From a virus: a stretch of DNA of 18,689 bases. The position numbers and the translations under genes were made by a program. The notes beneath the pieces are model-generated. The model was not told where the DNA came from. It was given only the letters and a program-made list of their open reading frames with translations, and searched no databases. Below are positions 1 to 7,128 of the stretch, piece after piece; position 1 is the stretch's first letter; every line of letters begins with the position of its first letter. The stretch lies in the UHGV virus genome UHGV-2027706. One strand, given 5' to 3'.

Positions 1-1074
1 TCATTTGTCGATTTCAATTTTGTCCCATTCCCGTCCACGGCTGTCCCTATACCGCGCCGCTATTGAATCTGATTTATGCCCGAGAAGACGTTGAGCAAAC
101 TTATCGCCAATCTGGTTCCGGTATAGCCTCGCTGACAGGCTACGCAGTTCATGGAATGTTGGCGGGTTTCCATCAAATGAGAGTCCAGATGCATTTCTCG
201 CCTTTGTAAAATACTTTGATACTGTTTTCGGGGAAAGCTGATCGTGATGCTTTGATGCGATTATAGTTTCACTGCTGCTGGCCTCCCTGCATTTCTGTAG
301 TGTATCAGCCAATGAGATATTGAGCGCGTCAATCGTTAGCGTTAGTGGAATGGCGAGTTTAGCCCCTGTTTTACTCTGTTCAATGTGAAGATGGTTGTCG
401 TTTATGTCTGACCATTTCATTCTGCACAAATCGCCGACTCTCTGCCCTGTAACGACGGCCAAATCCATCGCCAGCCTTAGCCAGATAGGGAGAGGTTCGG
501 CTGCATGGTAAATCTCGACATACTCATTAGCTGTCAGCCTTGAGCGCCTTACTTCTGACTTTGCTGTACGGGTTGCTGTTACCGGATTCGTTGCCACATG
601 CCCCTCGGCTATTGCTTCACGAAAAACGTCAACAAGGGTTGACCTGATTAATTTTGCGGAAGCTGCTTTACCTTCTGCTACGTAGGTGTTTAGCATTGCT
701 GCCACTTCTTTCGTTGATATGTCAGTGAGCGGTTTGTCCGGCAATTTTCTTCGGATTGCCCTGATTTTGCTGGCGTAGTCGAGTAGAGTTTTCGGCCTGA
801 TCCCCCTTTCGGTGAGGATTCTTTCATATCGGTCAAGCCACACATGAAGAGTGATTGCGTCACCGCCTTTAATTCTGTCTATCAGTGATTTGCGTCCGCT
901 GTCTGAGAGTAACTCAATATTGGCCTGTATTGCTTCAGTGATTGCTATCCTCCTGTCTCGGCCTAATCCAAACTCTTTACCCGTCCTTGGGTCCCTGTAG
1001 CAGTAATATCCATTGTTTCTTATATAAAGGTTAGGGGGTAAATCCCGGCGCTCATGACTTCGCCTTCTTCCCAT
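1..1074 (-). CDS. int: Phage integrase, lambda Int-like tyrosine recombinase (complete, 357 aa; stop codon at window position 1-3)
   Basis: 357-aa ORF starting MGRRRSHERRDLPPNLYIRNNGYYCYRDPRTGKEFGLGRD, near-identical over long stretches to lambda Int as I remember it; C-terminal catalytic region with HELRSL...LGHKSD...Y. ATG at 1072-1074. Confidence 0.95.
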   Translation of the reverse strand: MGRRRSHERRDLPPNLYIRNNGYYCYRDPRTGKEFGLGRDRRIAITEAIQANIELLSDSGRKSLIDRIKGGDAITLHVWLDRYERILTERGIRPKTLLDYASKIRAIRRKLPDKPLTDISTKEVAAMLNTYVAEGKAASAKLIRSTLVDVFREAIAEGHVATNPVTATRTAKSEVRRSRLTANEYVEIYHAAEPLPIWLRLAMDLAVVTGQRVGDLCRMKWSDINDNHLHIEQSKTGAKLAIPLTLTIDALNISLADTLQKCREASSSETIIASKHHDQLSPKTVSKYFTKARNASGLSFDGNPPTFHELRSLSARLYRNQIGDKFAQRLLGHKSDSIAARYRDSRGREWDKIEIDK

Positions 1075-1270
1075 TTCTGATCCTCTTCAAAAGGCTACCT
1101 GTTACTGGTCGATTTAAGTCAACCTTTACCGCTGATTCGTGGAACAGATACTCTCTTCCATCCTTAACCGGAGGAGGGAATATCCTGCACTCGCGTACCC
1201 ATCGACGAACTGTTTCAAGGCTTCTTGGGCGTCGCTGGCGAGCGTTCCACTCCTGAAGTGTCAAGTACAT
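1052..1270 (-). CDS. xis: Excisionase Xis (72 aa), 3' end overlaps int start
   Basis: MYLTLQEWNARQRRPRSLETVRRWVRECRIFPPPVKDGREYLFHESAVKVDLNRP matches lambda Xis from memory; classic xis-int overlap. Confidence 0.92.
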   Translation of the reverse strand: MYLTLQEWNARQRRPRSLETVRRWVRECRIFPPPVKDGREYLFHESAVKVDLNRPVTGSLLKRIRNGKKAKS

Positions 1271-1326
1271 CGCAAAGTCTCCGCAATTACTCGCAAGGGA
1301 GCGAGCAGTGGTTGATTTTCTCCAAC

Positions 1327-1348
1327 AAAAAAGGAGCCGAAGCTCCTT
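1327..1348 (-). terminator. Putative intrinsic terminator downstream of the antA-like gene
   Basis: Plus strand AAGGAGC-cgaa-GCTCCTT (7-bp stem, 4-nt loop) preceded by an A-run, so the minus-strand RNA reads hairpin then UUUUUUGUU; lies 7 nt past the ORF stop at 1355-1357. Confidence 0.5.
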
Positions 1349-1354
1349 TGATGA

Positions 1355-1978
1355 TTAAAATTCGAATTGTCTCGCCCGAAGGCTTTTTAACATTGGTCTT
1401 GCCCGTTCGAAAAGGGCGCTTGTCTGGTCAAGTCGCGTCGCCTCCCTGAGTAGTACATCTCTGTTTTTCGTCACCGTGTAGAAGGTTTCAAACGCAATGT
1501 CATACAGCTTGCTCGCGTATGATGAGTTAAGTTCCTTCATTATCGGGTACAGGCGTTTGCAGGTGTCCTGTGCATTCTCCATCTGTACCTGCATGTAGCA
1601 GAGGAGGATGATTTCCTCGTCTGTGAATTGCTGCGCTGGTTGCATGCTGCGAAGTTTCTTTTCGCACTCGATGAAGTATCGGCGTATCTGGCGGCCTTTT
1701 TCGTTACGCTCGACCATCGCCAGTTCTTTGGCTGTGTCGAGGGTGAGGTGGTAGTCCTTGCGGTTGTGACCGCCTCTACCAGATGTTTGCTTTCCCAAAT
1801 TGGAAAGCAAAATATAGTCTTGATTTTCAATGAATTCGTATTCTGAAATGCGATTTGTAATCCATGCCGCAAACACCTTTTTCACGCCTAAAAAAGCATG
1901 CAGATCGCGGGCATTGCAGAGTAGGGCTGTTTCGTTGGATATAGTGCCGTTGAATACGGGGATGAGTTGACTGGTCAT
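1355..1978 (-). CDS. AntA-domain phage antirepressor-like protein (207 aa)
   Basis: ORF with ATG at 1976-1978 and strong SD AAGGAGG 5 nt upstream; the N-terminal half (IPVFNGT...CNARDLHAFLGV...FAAWITNRI...YEFIENQDY) resembles the AntA/AntB antirepressor N-terminal domain from memory. Family assignment unverified. Confidence 0.6.
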   Translation of the reverse strand: MTSQLIPVFNGTISNETALLCNARDLHAFLGVKKVFAAWITNRISEYEFIENQDYILLSNLGKQTSGRGGHNRKDYHLTLDTAKELAMVERNEKGRQIRRYFIECEKKLRSMQPAQQFTDEEIILLCYMQVQMENAQDTCKRLYPIMKELNSSYASKLYDIAFETFYTVTKNRDVLLREATRLDQTSALFERARPMLKSLRARQFEF

Positions 1979-1987
1979 GATGACCTC

Positions 1988-2055
1988 CTTTGAAGTTTTA
2001 GTTAGCGATCACCAGTTAGTGGCTGGTGATCGGGTGTCAACTAGAGCCTTCAAAG
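1988..2055 (-). promoter_or_regulatory. Long imperfect hairpin in the 5' leader of the antA-like gene, abutting its SD
   Basis: Three nested inverted-repeat segments: CTTTGAAG (1988-1995) with CTTCAAAG (2048-2055); TAGTT (1999-2003) with AACTA (2039-2043); CGATCACCAG (2006-2015) with CTGGTGATCG (2023-2032). Confidence 0.4.
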
Positions 2056-2333
2056 ACGCTCCGGGCATATTCCCCTTGCGGGTATTGTATTACGCCTCTC
2101 CACCCGACCTTTGTACGGATGTGACTATGCCAAATTGCAGGCATAAAAAAGCCGCAAAGCTATCGGGTGCGGATGACCGCTTTGAAGTTCTAGTGCGGTC
2201 AGTATGCGATAGCTCTAGCGGATTTGTCAAATCATGTAGTCTTTATCTTGCTGTAAGCCGCGCCATTCGGGCTTTTCCCCAGATTTGGGGGAAACTATCT
2301 GCGAAGTATTCACCTTTGACGGCAAGTTGCAGG

Positions 2334-3059
2334 TTAGCCACGGTTAACCTCCTGCGGCGGTTCCGNNNNNNNNNNTAGCCGCATCCAGTGAGTTGCTTGC
2401 TCAATACCATTACCCGGCTTAATCGTTGCATCTCCGCGCCGAAAGGTGCTTCCGGTATAGCGTGCGGAGCATATTAGCGCTTCAACCAGAGAGCTATCGA
2501 AATTCACCGAAATAAGCACGTTCTGGCCCTTTTCAGGCATTCGATCACTACAGCTTATCCAACTATCCGGAGTTCCCGGAGAGTTGCCATTTACATCGAA
2601 GTTTGGCTCTGCGTCCTGAACCAGGAGGATGTAACCATTCTTGGCAGTATCAAGTTCTAACGCCTCGGTGACGGTGCCGAAATAGCGATTACCTAAATCA
2701 GCATCACAAGTGCTTACATCAATGGAAACTTCCATGCCTTCGATTAATTCTGGCAAGTTGTAAGTTTGGTTTACAGGTTGGCCTCCCTGAAGCATGGCGG
2801 CGCGGTGACACCAGATAATCCAGCCAAGCGCCATATCCCATGCCATGTATTCTCTATCGCCATTTTTCGCCCTGCGGCGATCTACAGATTCCCCGAAACG
2901 CTTCTCCATAAATAATTCATAGGCTGCTCGTTCATCCGATACTGCTGCCAGTGATGCCAGTGCAATTCGTGCCAGTTCCATTTGTTCGCCACGGGTAAGC
3001 CCGTTTTCAAGCGGATTTTTAATGAATAATTCGATACGTTCTTTGGTAATAGAATTCAT
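2334..3059 (-). CDS. Hypothetical phage protein (about 241 aa); C-terminal domain possibly Eaa/DUF551-like; 3' end unreliable because the ORF reads through the N gap
   Basis: ATG at 3057-3059, 1 nt after the stop of the upstream small gene; protein-like composition; C-terminal WISCSDRMPEKGQNVLISV motif recalls prophage DUF551 proteins (from memory). Last 20 codons contain XXXX from the gap. Confidence 0.55.
   Translation of the reverse strand: MNSITKERIELFIKNPLENGLTRGEQMELARIALASLAAVSDERAAYELFMEKRFGESVDRRRAKNGDREYMAWDMALGWIIWCHRAAMLQGGQPVNQTYNLPELIEGMEVSIDVSTCDADLGNRYFGTVTEALELDTAKNGYILLVQDAEPNFDVNGNSPGTPDSWISCSDRMPEKGQNVLISVNFDSSLVEALICSARYTGSTFRRGDATIKPGNGIEQATHWMRLXXXXEPPQEVNRG
2366..2375. 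other. Assembly gap (run of 10 N)
   Basis: Ten consecutive n characters; true length of missing sequence unknown. Confidence 0.99.
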
Positions 3060-3060
3060 G

Positions 3061-3252
3061 CTATTTCACCTTAATCTCAACATTTCGTAGCTTTAGCTCT
3101 ACTGGCAGGTCTGACTTTCCGGTTAATGCTAATGCGAGATTTTCTGGAGTAATGAGAGCCGTTATTGTTTTCCCCATCGACAGACGAATAATCATTCGTA
3201 TCTCGCGATCGTCACATGCTCCCGGTCGAACAATTGAGATTTGTCCGTTCAT
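3061..3252 (-). CDS. Small hypothetical phage protein (63 aa, MNGQISIVRPG...)
   Basis: ATG at 3250-3252 with SD AAGGAG 8 nt upstream, 1 nt after the stop of the Ea22-like gene; I prefer this start to the longer 90-aa track ORF, which has no SD. Confidence 0.55.
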   Translation of the reverse strand: MNGQISIVRPGACDDREIRMIIRLSMGKTITALITPENLALALTGKSDLPVELKLRNVEIKVK

Positions 3253-3253
3253 C

Positions 3254-3844
3254 TCACTCTCCTTTGATGCGAATGCCAGCGGCGCGTGGCACATTAACTT
3301 CCACGATGCGCACAGTTGGTTTGTACATCTCAATCGCTGTCAGCCAGTCAGCGCCAGTCATGCGCTTTTCCGCATCGCCATTAGTCCACTGAACCGGTAC
3401 ACCAATAGCCTTCATCGCGATTTCTATTTCCCCGGCAATGGCGCTTTTTCCGCAACCAGTAAAACCAGAAACAACGACAAGAACTTCACCTTTGGCTGGT
3501 TTTATTTCCCGTGCTTCCAGTTCTGCAATACGCTTACTCCCATCCGAGATAACACCTTCGTAATACTCGCGTTGCTCGTTGAGTTTTGATTTTGCTTCCT
3601 CAAGCTCAACACGCAGCTTCCCTACCGTTAGCGCAATATCCTCGTTCTCCTGGTCGCGGCGTTTGATGTATTGCTGGTTTCTTTCCCGTTCATCCAGTAG
3701 TGCCAGCACTGTGGCGGGAGTGCAATGCTTCATAAAGTCGTTCAGCGCAGTGATTCGCTGGTCGAACGGCATAACCGGTTCCTCTCCAGCGATTTTTGCG
3801 TTCGCTGCCGCTTCTCGCAGCGCCTGTTTGTCAATCTCGCTCAT
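3254..3844 (-). CDS. Ea22-like early protein (196 aa) with coiled-coil middle and a C-terminal P-loop-like motif
   Basis: Strong SD AGGAGG 6 nt upstream of ATG 3842-3844; N-terminus [13 protein letters not shown] resembles ead/Ea22 family proteins from memory; GFTGCGKS at residues 127-134 (nt 3443-3466). Confidence 0.65.
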   Translation of the reverse strand: MSEIDKQALREAAANAKIAGEEPVMPFDQRITALNDFMKHCTPATVLALLDERERNQQYIKRRDQENEDIALTVGKLRVELEEAKSKLNEQREYYEGVISDGSKRIAELEAREIKPAKGEVLVVVSGFTGCGKSAIAGEIEIAMKAIGVPVQWTNGDAEKRMTGADWLTAIEMYKPTVRIVEVNVPRAAGIRIKGE

Positions 3845-4085
3845 TGGTTGCCTCCTGTTTTTCTGCCTTCAACACCATGCGAGAACCATCATCCAGCTCC
3901 CACGCGATCTCACCACCTTCAGCCATGACCAGTTGCCACACCAATTGAGCAGCCTCATTGGTAACATCACGACCTGGATCATTGCCAACGCGCATACGCC
4001 CACCTTCAACATCGCGCATTTTTGCCAGCATGATAGTTTTTGATAGCGGTGAAAAACCAAGCTGTAGTCGTGCTGAATTACTCAC
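3831..4085 (-). CDS. Hypothetical protein (84 aa from GTG start; the track gives 3831..4106)
   Basis: GTG at 4083-4085 preceded by AGGAGGCAACCA, the same initiation cassette as the Ea22-like gene; GTGA overlap with the upstream stop. Start choice uncertain. Confidence 0.45.
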   Translation of the reverse strand: MSNSARLQLGFSPLSKTIMLAKMRDVEGGRMRVGNDPGRDVTNEAAQLVWQLVMAEGGEIAWELDDGSRMVLKAEKQEATNERD

Positions 4086-4267
4086 TGGTTGCCTCCTTTG
4101 CGCCACATCGCATTCAGATATTTGTTTTGATTCACTGAAGGAAAAGAATTTCTCTTAAGCAATTCCTCTCTCGATGGCATTGGCTTTACGCGTTGGCGAA
4201 TAATCATTTCTGCCGGAAGAATACCGGGATTGTATGCAAGTCCTCTCATGGTAAATTCCTCAGTCAT
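4082..4267 (-). CDS. Small hypothetical protein (61 aa, [20 protein letters not shown]...)
   Basis: ATG at 4265-4267 embedded in the last codons of the upstream gene (ATGACTGA); the longer 106-aa track ORF has an implausible N-terminal extension. Confidence 0.45.
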   Translation of the reverse strand: MTEEFTMRGLAYNPGILPAEMIIRQRVKPMPSREELLKRNSFPSVNQNKYLNAMWRKGGNQ

Positions 4268-4556
4268 TACTGATAGCGCCATAGCGTGAGCGGTAATTAC
4301 GCAGGCGCGGGTCGATATATTCAGGGAAGTGGGTATATGTGGCTTTGCGGAATGGTCGGATTGATGTCTGGTAAATTCGCTCTCGTTCTTCTTTCTCTGC
4401 AAGCCATATACAGTGGCGAAATTCTTTTTCCTCTTTCGTTTCCTGCGGTAGTGACATTATCCGATCGTAGTTTCTTCTGAATTTATCCAGCACCTCCGAT
4501 ACGGAATTGCCGGAACAGCGGCGCGGGTCATCCGCACCATACAGAGGCGCTGGCAT
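4260..4556 (-). CDS. Hypothetical phage protein (98 aa)
   Basis: ATG at 4554-4556 with AAGGA upstream; same strand and spacing as the rest of the operon. Confidence 0.55.
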   Translation of the reverse strand: MPAPLYGADDPRRCSGNSVSEVLDKFRRNYDRIMSLPQETKEEKEFRHCIWLAEKEERERIYQTSIRPFRKATYTHFPEYIDPRLRNYRSRYGAISND

Positions 4557-4579
4557 AATGGAATCCTTATTTTGCTAAT

Positions 4580-4963
4580 TTAGAAGGGAATTGAATCGTC
4601 GTATTCAGGAAGATTTTGATGATTGTTACTTTGTTGCTGTTGGCTGTTTCCTGAAGTTGCAAATCCAATCTTTGCATTCAGTAATTCAAGAGTGATTGAT
4701 TGACCATTTTGCCCCTGATAAACATCAACCCTGATGTTTTCTCCGGTAATTTCCACAATTCCACCTTCAACCAGAACGCTACGATAGTAATCCGCTTGCG
4801 CTCCCGGCTTGGCAAATACAACGGCGCTGTAGTTTGTCCATTCTTTCTTTTTTGTCTGGCGATCGTAATACTGAACGCCAGCACGGATGTTGAATCCGAT
4901 ATTTTCCCCGGCCTGAAACTCTCTTGCGGGTTTGTTTAGTCTTACTGTAATCGAATGTGCCAT
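4580..4963 (-). CDS. ssb: Phage single-stranded DNA-binding protein-like (127 aa)
   Basis: C-terminal Gln-rich linker ending in acidic tail EYDDSIPF (the SSB DDIPF-type tail); OB-fold-like pattern W..Y.AVVFAK...LVEGG.VEITG. ATG at 4961-4963 overlaps the Erf stop (TAATG). Confidence 0.7.
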   Translation of the reverse strand: MAHSITVRLNKPAREFQAGENIGFNIRAGVQYYDRQTKKKEWTNYSAVVFAKPGAQADYYRSVLVEGGIVEITGENIRVDVYQGQNGQSITLELLNAKIGFATSGNSQQQQSNNHQNLPEYDDSIPF

Positions 4964-5568
4964 TAAGCAGTTGCCCCTTCTAATTCGTCTCGTCTGATGT
5001 TGTAAACGTCCTGCGCTTTGTGCTGCTCCGGCGTCCCTTCGAGCATCTTCCACGCTTTGGCGAACGCCTGTTTAAGCTCTTCTACGGTGTTTTTCTGCAT
5101 TGCTGCGTCAGTGAATGCTTTTAGAACCTGTTCAGGTGTAAGTGATGGTTTTGATTGCTTTGCTGCTGCGTTCTGCTGATGTTTATGCTCGTCTGTATCT
5201 GCATCTTTCGCATCATCAATGCCGAACAAACCATTGAGGCAATACTTGCGCGCATAAGAACTTGTAGCTCCAGTAACTTGTGCAGAATCCATTCCTTTCT
5301 TGCTTTCTTCCTCTCTTGCGAGAGCGGTTGCCGTATGGCGGTTTTCGCCATCGGTAATAGTTGCCGTGGCTTTCACATAATACCGATCACCAATCAACAC
5401 AACTTCATCGCTGATTGATAAAAACAGGCCATTCAGTAACGGCTTAACGCCTTCAAGAATGTCTTCGCAGCTTCTGTATTTATATTTACCGAATGAGTTG
5501 TACTGATTCTTTGGCGCGTTCAGATTCTCCTGAATAGCTGCCAGTCTTGCATAAAATTCTTTGCTCAT
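4963..5568 (-). CDS. erf: Erf-family single-strand annealing protein (201 aa from ATG 5568)
   Basis: N-terminal FYARLAAIQENL...YKYRSCEDILEGVKPLL resembles the ERF (P22 Erf) family motif from memory; sits in the bet position next to the SSB. The only in-frame ATG is at 5566-5568 (track start 5598 is a TTG). Confidence 0.7.
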   Translation of the reverse strand: MSKEFYARLAAIQENLNAPKNQYNSFGKYKYRSCEDILEGVKPLLNGLFLSISDEVVLIGDRYYVKATATITDGENRHTATALAREEESKKGMDSAQVTGATSSYARKYCLNGLFGIDDAKDADTDEHKHQQNAAAKQSKPSLTPEQVLKAFTDAAMQKNTVEELKQAFAKAWKMLEGTPEQHKAQDVYNIRRDELEGATA

Positions 5569-5657
5569 ATGTTTGTTCTCAGAATGGACATGGCCCAAGG
5601 AAATAACGCTGATTTAATACTTCAGTCTTTGCCGCATTTAAAAATACGCGAACACCT

Positions 5658-5828
5658 TCACGATCTCCCTTCTGGCGATACATTAACGCCTGCTGCGTGT
5701 ACATGCGTCTCTGTAACTTGCTCTCCTTCACTGTGGTTGCAAGTGACATGAATATCTCCTTCGTTACCGATTAATTCTTTCATCTGACGAATGAATTCTT
5801 CGTCTGACCAGCTATCTGTAAAACTCAT
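5658..5828 (-). CDS. Small protein (56 aa) between erf and kil, in the position of P22 arf
   Basis: ATG at 5826-5828 overlaps the kil-like stop (ATGA); acidic N-terminus MSFTDSWSDEEFIRQMKELIG. Identity by position only. Confidence 0.4.
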   Translation of the reverse strand: MSFTDSWSDEEFIRQMKELIGNEGDIHVTCNHSEGEQVTETHVHAAGVNVSPEGRS

Positions 5829-5977
5829 TTCCTGCGATACCACGGAAGGTTGATAGCTGATTTCATCGCTTTATTTGCTTCAAGCCACATTTTGGAATCA
5901 CCAATAAATCTGGCTATTACTGCTTTGTTTTGTGCTGCACGAAGCATCTGGTGATTGATGGCTATTTCATTGCGCAT
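5825..5977 (-). CDS. kil: Kil-like small protein (50 aa; not in the ORF track, below its length cutoff)
   Basis: Translated by hand: MRNEIAINHQMLRAAQNKAVIARFIGDSKMWLEANKAMKSAINLPWYRRK; the IARFIGDSKM core resembles lambda Kil as I recall it; position between erf and cIII fits. Confidence 0.45.
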   Translation of the reverse strand: MRNEIAINHQMLRAAQNKAVIARFIGDSKMWLEANKAMKSAINLPWYRRK

Positions 5978-6093
5978 AATAAGACCTCAACTCTTTTCCA
6001 TCCGTCACGTAATTTACGGGTGATTCGTTCAAGTAAAGATTCATTTAGTTGGAAGGCACCCATGCGAGCGCCTCCCGCGATTGCGTAAATCAT
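5962..6093 (-). CDS. cIII: cIII-like protein (43 aa; not in the ORF track)
   Basis: Translated by hand: MIYAIAGGARMGAFQLNESLLERITRKLRDGWKRVEVLLCAMK; the SLLERITRKLRDGWKR core matches lambda CIII from memory; SD AAGGA 7 nt upstream of ATG 6091-6093. Confidence 0.6.
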   Translation of the reverse strand: MIYAIAGGARMGAFQLNESLLERITRKLRDGWKRVEVLLCAMK

Positions 6094-6117
6094 GGGTGGT
6101 TCCTTATGTTGGTTTTA

Positions 6118-6660
6118 TTAGTAGGTTATTTTTGTTGCGAATACTTCGCCTTTTACGATGGCTGTTATGATATTTTTAGCAACATCTTCTGATGCGCCAA
6201 CCTTGATAAGGTCAGCAAGTATTTTGTTATTTACTTCTTTCCGGTGAGCTTTATCCTTTGCTCTACGCTCTTCTTCTTCCTTGATTCTTTTTTCTTCTGC
6301 TATTCTGGCTTGCTCTTTTGCTTCAGCCTCGCGCCGGATTCGTTCAGTCTCCTCCTGTGCTTTTCGGCGTTCTGCTTCAATTGCCGCCTGCTTTTCTCTT
6401 TCAGCTCGTTCTGCTGCCTCTTTTGCTTCGCGCTGTGCTCGTTGCTCGGCTTCAATGCGTTCACGCTCTGCACGTTCCGCTGCGGCCTTAGCTTCTGCTT
6501 CTCGCCTTGCTGCTGCTTCAATTTCGGCTTTTGCCTTTGCTTCGGCTTCTGCTCTGGCTTTCTCTTCAGCTTCTCTTTTTAAGCGTTCTTCATGCTCTCG
6601 CTTTTCCTGCTCCGCTTTGAGTCTTGCCTCTTCTCTTTGGCGGTCAAATTCGCGATCCAT
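6118..6660 (-). CDS. E/A/R/K-rich charged-helix protein segment (about 180 aa); probably the C-terminal part of one gene with 6669..7085
   Basis: About 140 residues of low-complexity REAEEKARAEAEAKAKAEIEAAARREAEAKAAAERAERER repeats ending in a small globular tail (ILADLIKVGASEDVAKNIITAIVKGEVFATKITY); the same reading frame stays open and protein-like up to 6795. Confidence 0.55.
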   Translation of the reverse strand: MDREFDRQREEARLKAEQEKREHEERLKREAEEKARAEAEAKAKAEIEAAARREAEAKAAAERAERERIEAEQRAQREAKEAAERAEREKQAAIEAERRKAQEETERIRREAEAKEQARIAEEKRIKEEEERRAKDKAHRKEVNNKILADLIKVGASEDVAKNIITAIVKGEVFATKITY

Positions 6661-6668
6661 CAAAATCG

Positions 6669-7085
6669 CTATTTCATGGTCAGACTCAATTTGCTTTGCG
6701 AGAGCTTCAGCTGCTGCCTTAGCTTCTTCTTCGGCTTTAATCCGCGCCTGTTCCTCCTCATAATCAGTAAGAGGCTGGCGAGCCTTGCTTTCAGTTCATC
6801 AAGGCGATCGCGCACTGTCTTGCGGTTGGCATCAATTAGCTTTGGAATTTCCTTCAGTTCAGCAACAAGGTCTTTGCCAAGACCATCGAGATATGTTTTC
6901 GTCTGCGCAACTTTATACGCCAGAGAAGCGATCTCCTTTCTGCCCTTTGCCGTTGTGATATCAGGCACAAAGGACATAACTTCACGTTCAACCTTTTGGA
7001 GAATTTCTTCAATCTGGTCGGCAGACTGAAATACAGTCATTGCATTTGCTTTTTCAATAACAACTAAATCTGTTACTTCACTCAT
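6669..7085 (-). CDS. Hypothetical protein, N-terminal segment (138-aa ORF); last 35-40 residues look out of frame
   Basis: SD GGAGG 6 nt upstream of ATG 7083-7085; N-terminal 100 aa protein-like, tail RLASLLLIMRRNRRGLKPKKKLRQQLKLSQSKLSLTMK is off-frame-like while the other frame over the same DNA reads TDYEEEQARIKAEEEAKAAAEALAKQIE. Confidence 0.5.
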   Translation of the reverse strand: MSEVTDLVVIEKANAMTVFQSADQIEEILQKVEREVMSFVPDITTAKGRKEIASLAYKVAQTKTYLDGLGKDLVAELKEIPKLIDANRKTVRDRLDELKARLASLLLIMRRNRRGLKPKKKLRQQLKLSQSKLSLTMK

Positions 7086-7099
7086 ATATATCCTCCGTC

Positions 7100-7128
7100 A
7101 AAAAAATTGCCCTCACACTGGAGGGCAA
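7100..7128 (-). terminator. Intrinsic terminator (tL-type) inside the leftward operon
   Basis: TTGCCCTC-acactg-GAGGGCAA perfect 8-bp stem (7107-7128) with a 7-A run at 7100-7106 on the plus strand, i.e. hairpin then U7 on the minus-strand transcript. Confidence 0.65.

Noticed and set aside
1225-1872. ORFs 1225..1449 (+), 1540..1872 (-) and 1628..1846 (+) overlapping xis or the antA-like gene
   Set aside because: Shadow ORFs in alternate frames of better-supported genes; no start signals.
1977-2378. 133-aa plus-strand ORF spanning the antA leader region
   Set aside because: Reads across the hairpin and repeat region and into the N gap, has no SD, and its product is compositionally poor; the interval is better explained as regulatory DNA.
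3152-4158. Plus-strand ORFs 3152..3589, 3579..4043, 3725..3928, 3958..4158 and minus ORF 3869..4060
   Set aside because: Antisense or off-frame to the tightly coupled minus-strand operon; serine/cysteine-rich off-frame composition.
4580-5598. Long forms of SSB (start 5053) and Erf (start 5598)
   Set aside because: The SSB extension overlaps Erf out of frame and is Arg-rich off-frame-like; the Erf track start is a TTG, and the first ATG (5568) gives the conserved N-terminus.
6250-6650. Repetitive DNA that could be mistaken for a CRISPR array or satellite
   Set aside because: Repeats are imperfect, codon-periodic and lie inside an open reading frame; no regular repeat-spacer units.
6244-7029. 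Plus-strand ORFs 6244..6582, 6281..6763 and 6592..7029 with F/L/S/C- or S/A/R-rich products
   Set aside because: They are antisense and off-frame readings of the GAA/GCN-rich repeat DNA encoding the E/A/R/K-rich protein; extreme low complexity, no SD, opposite to operon direction.
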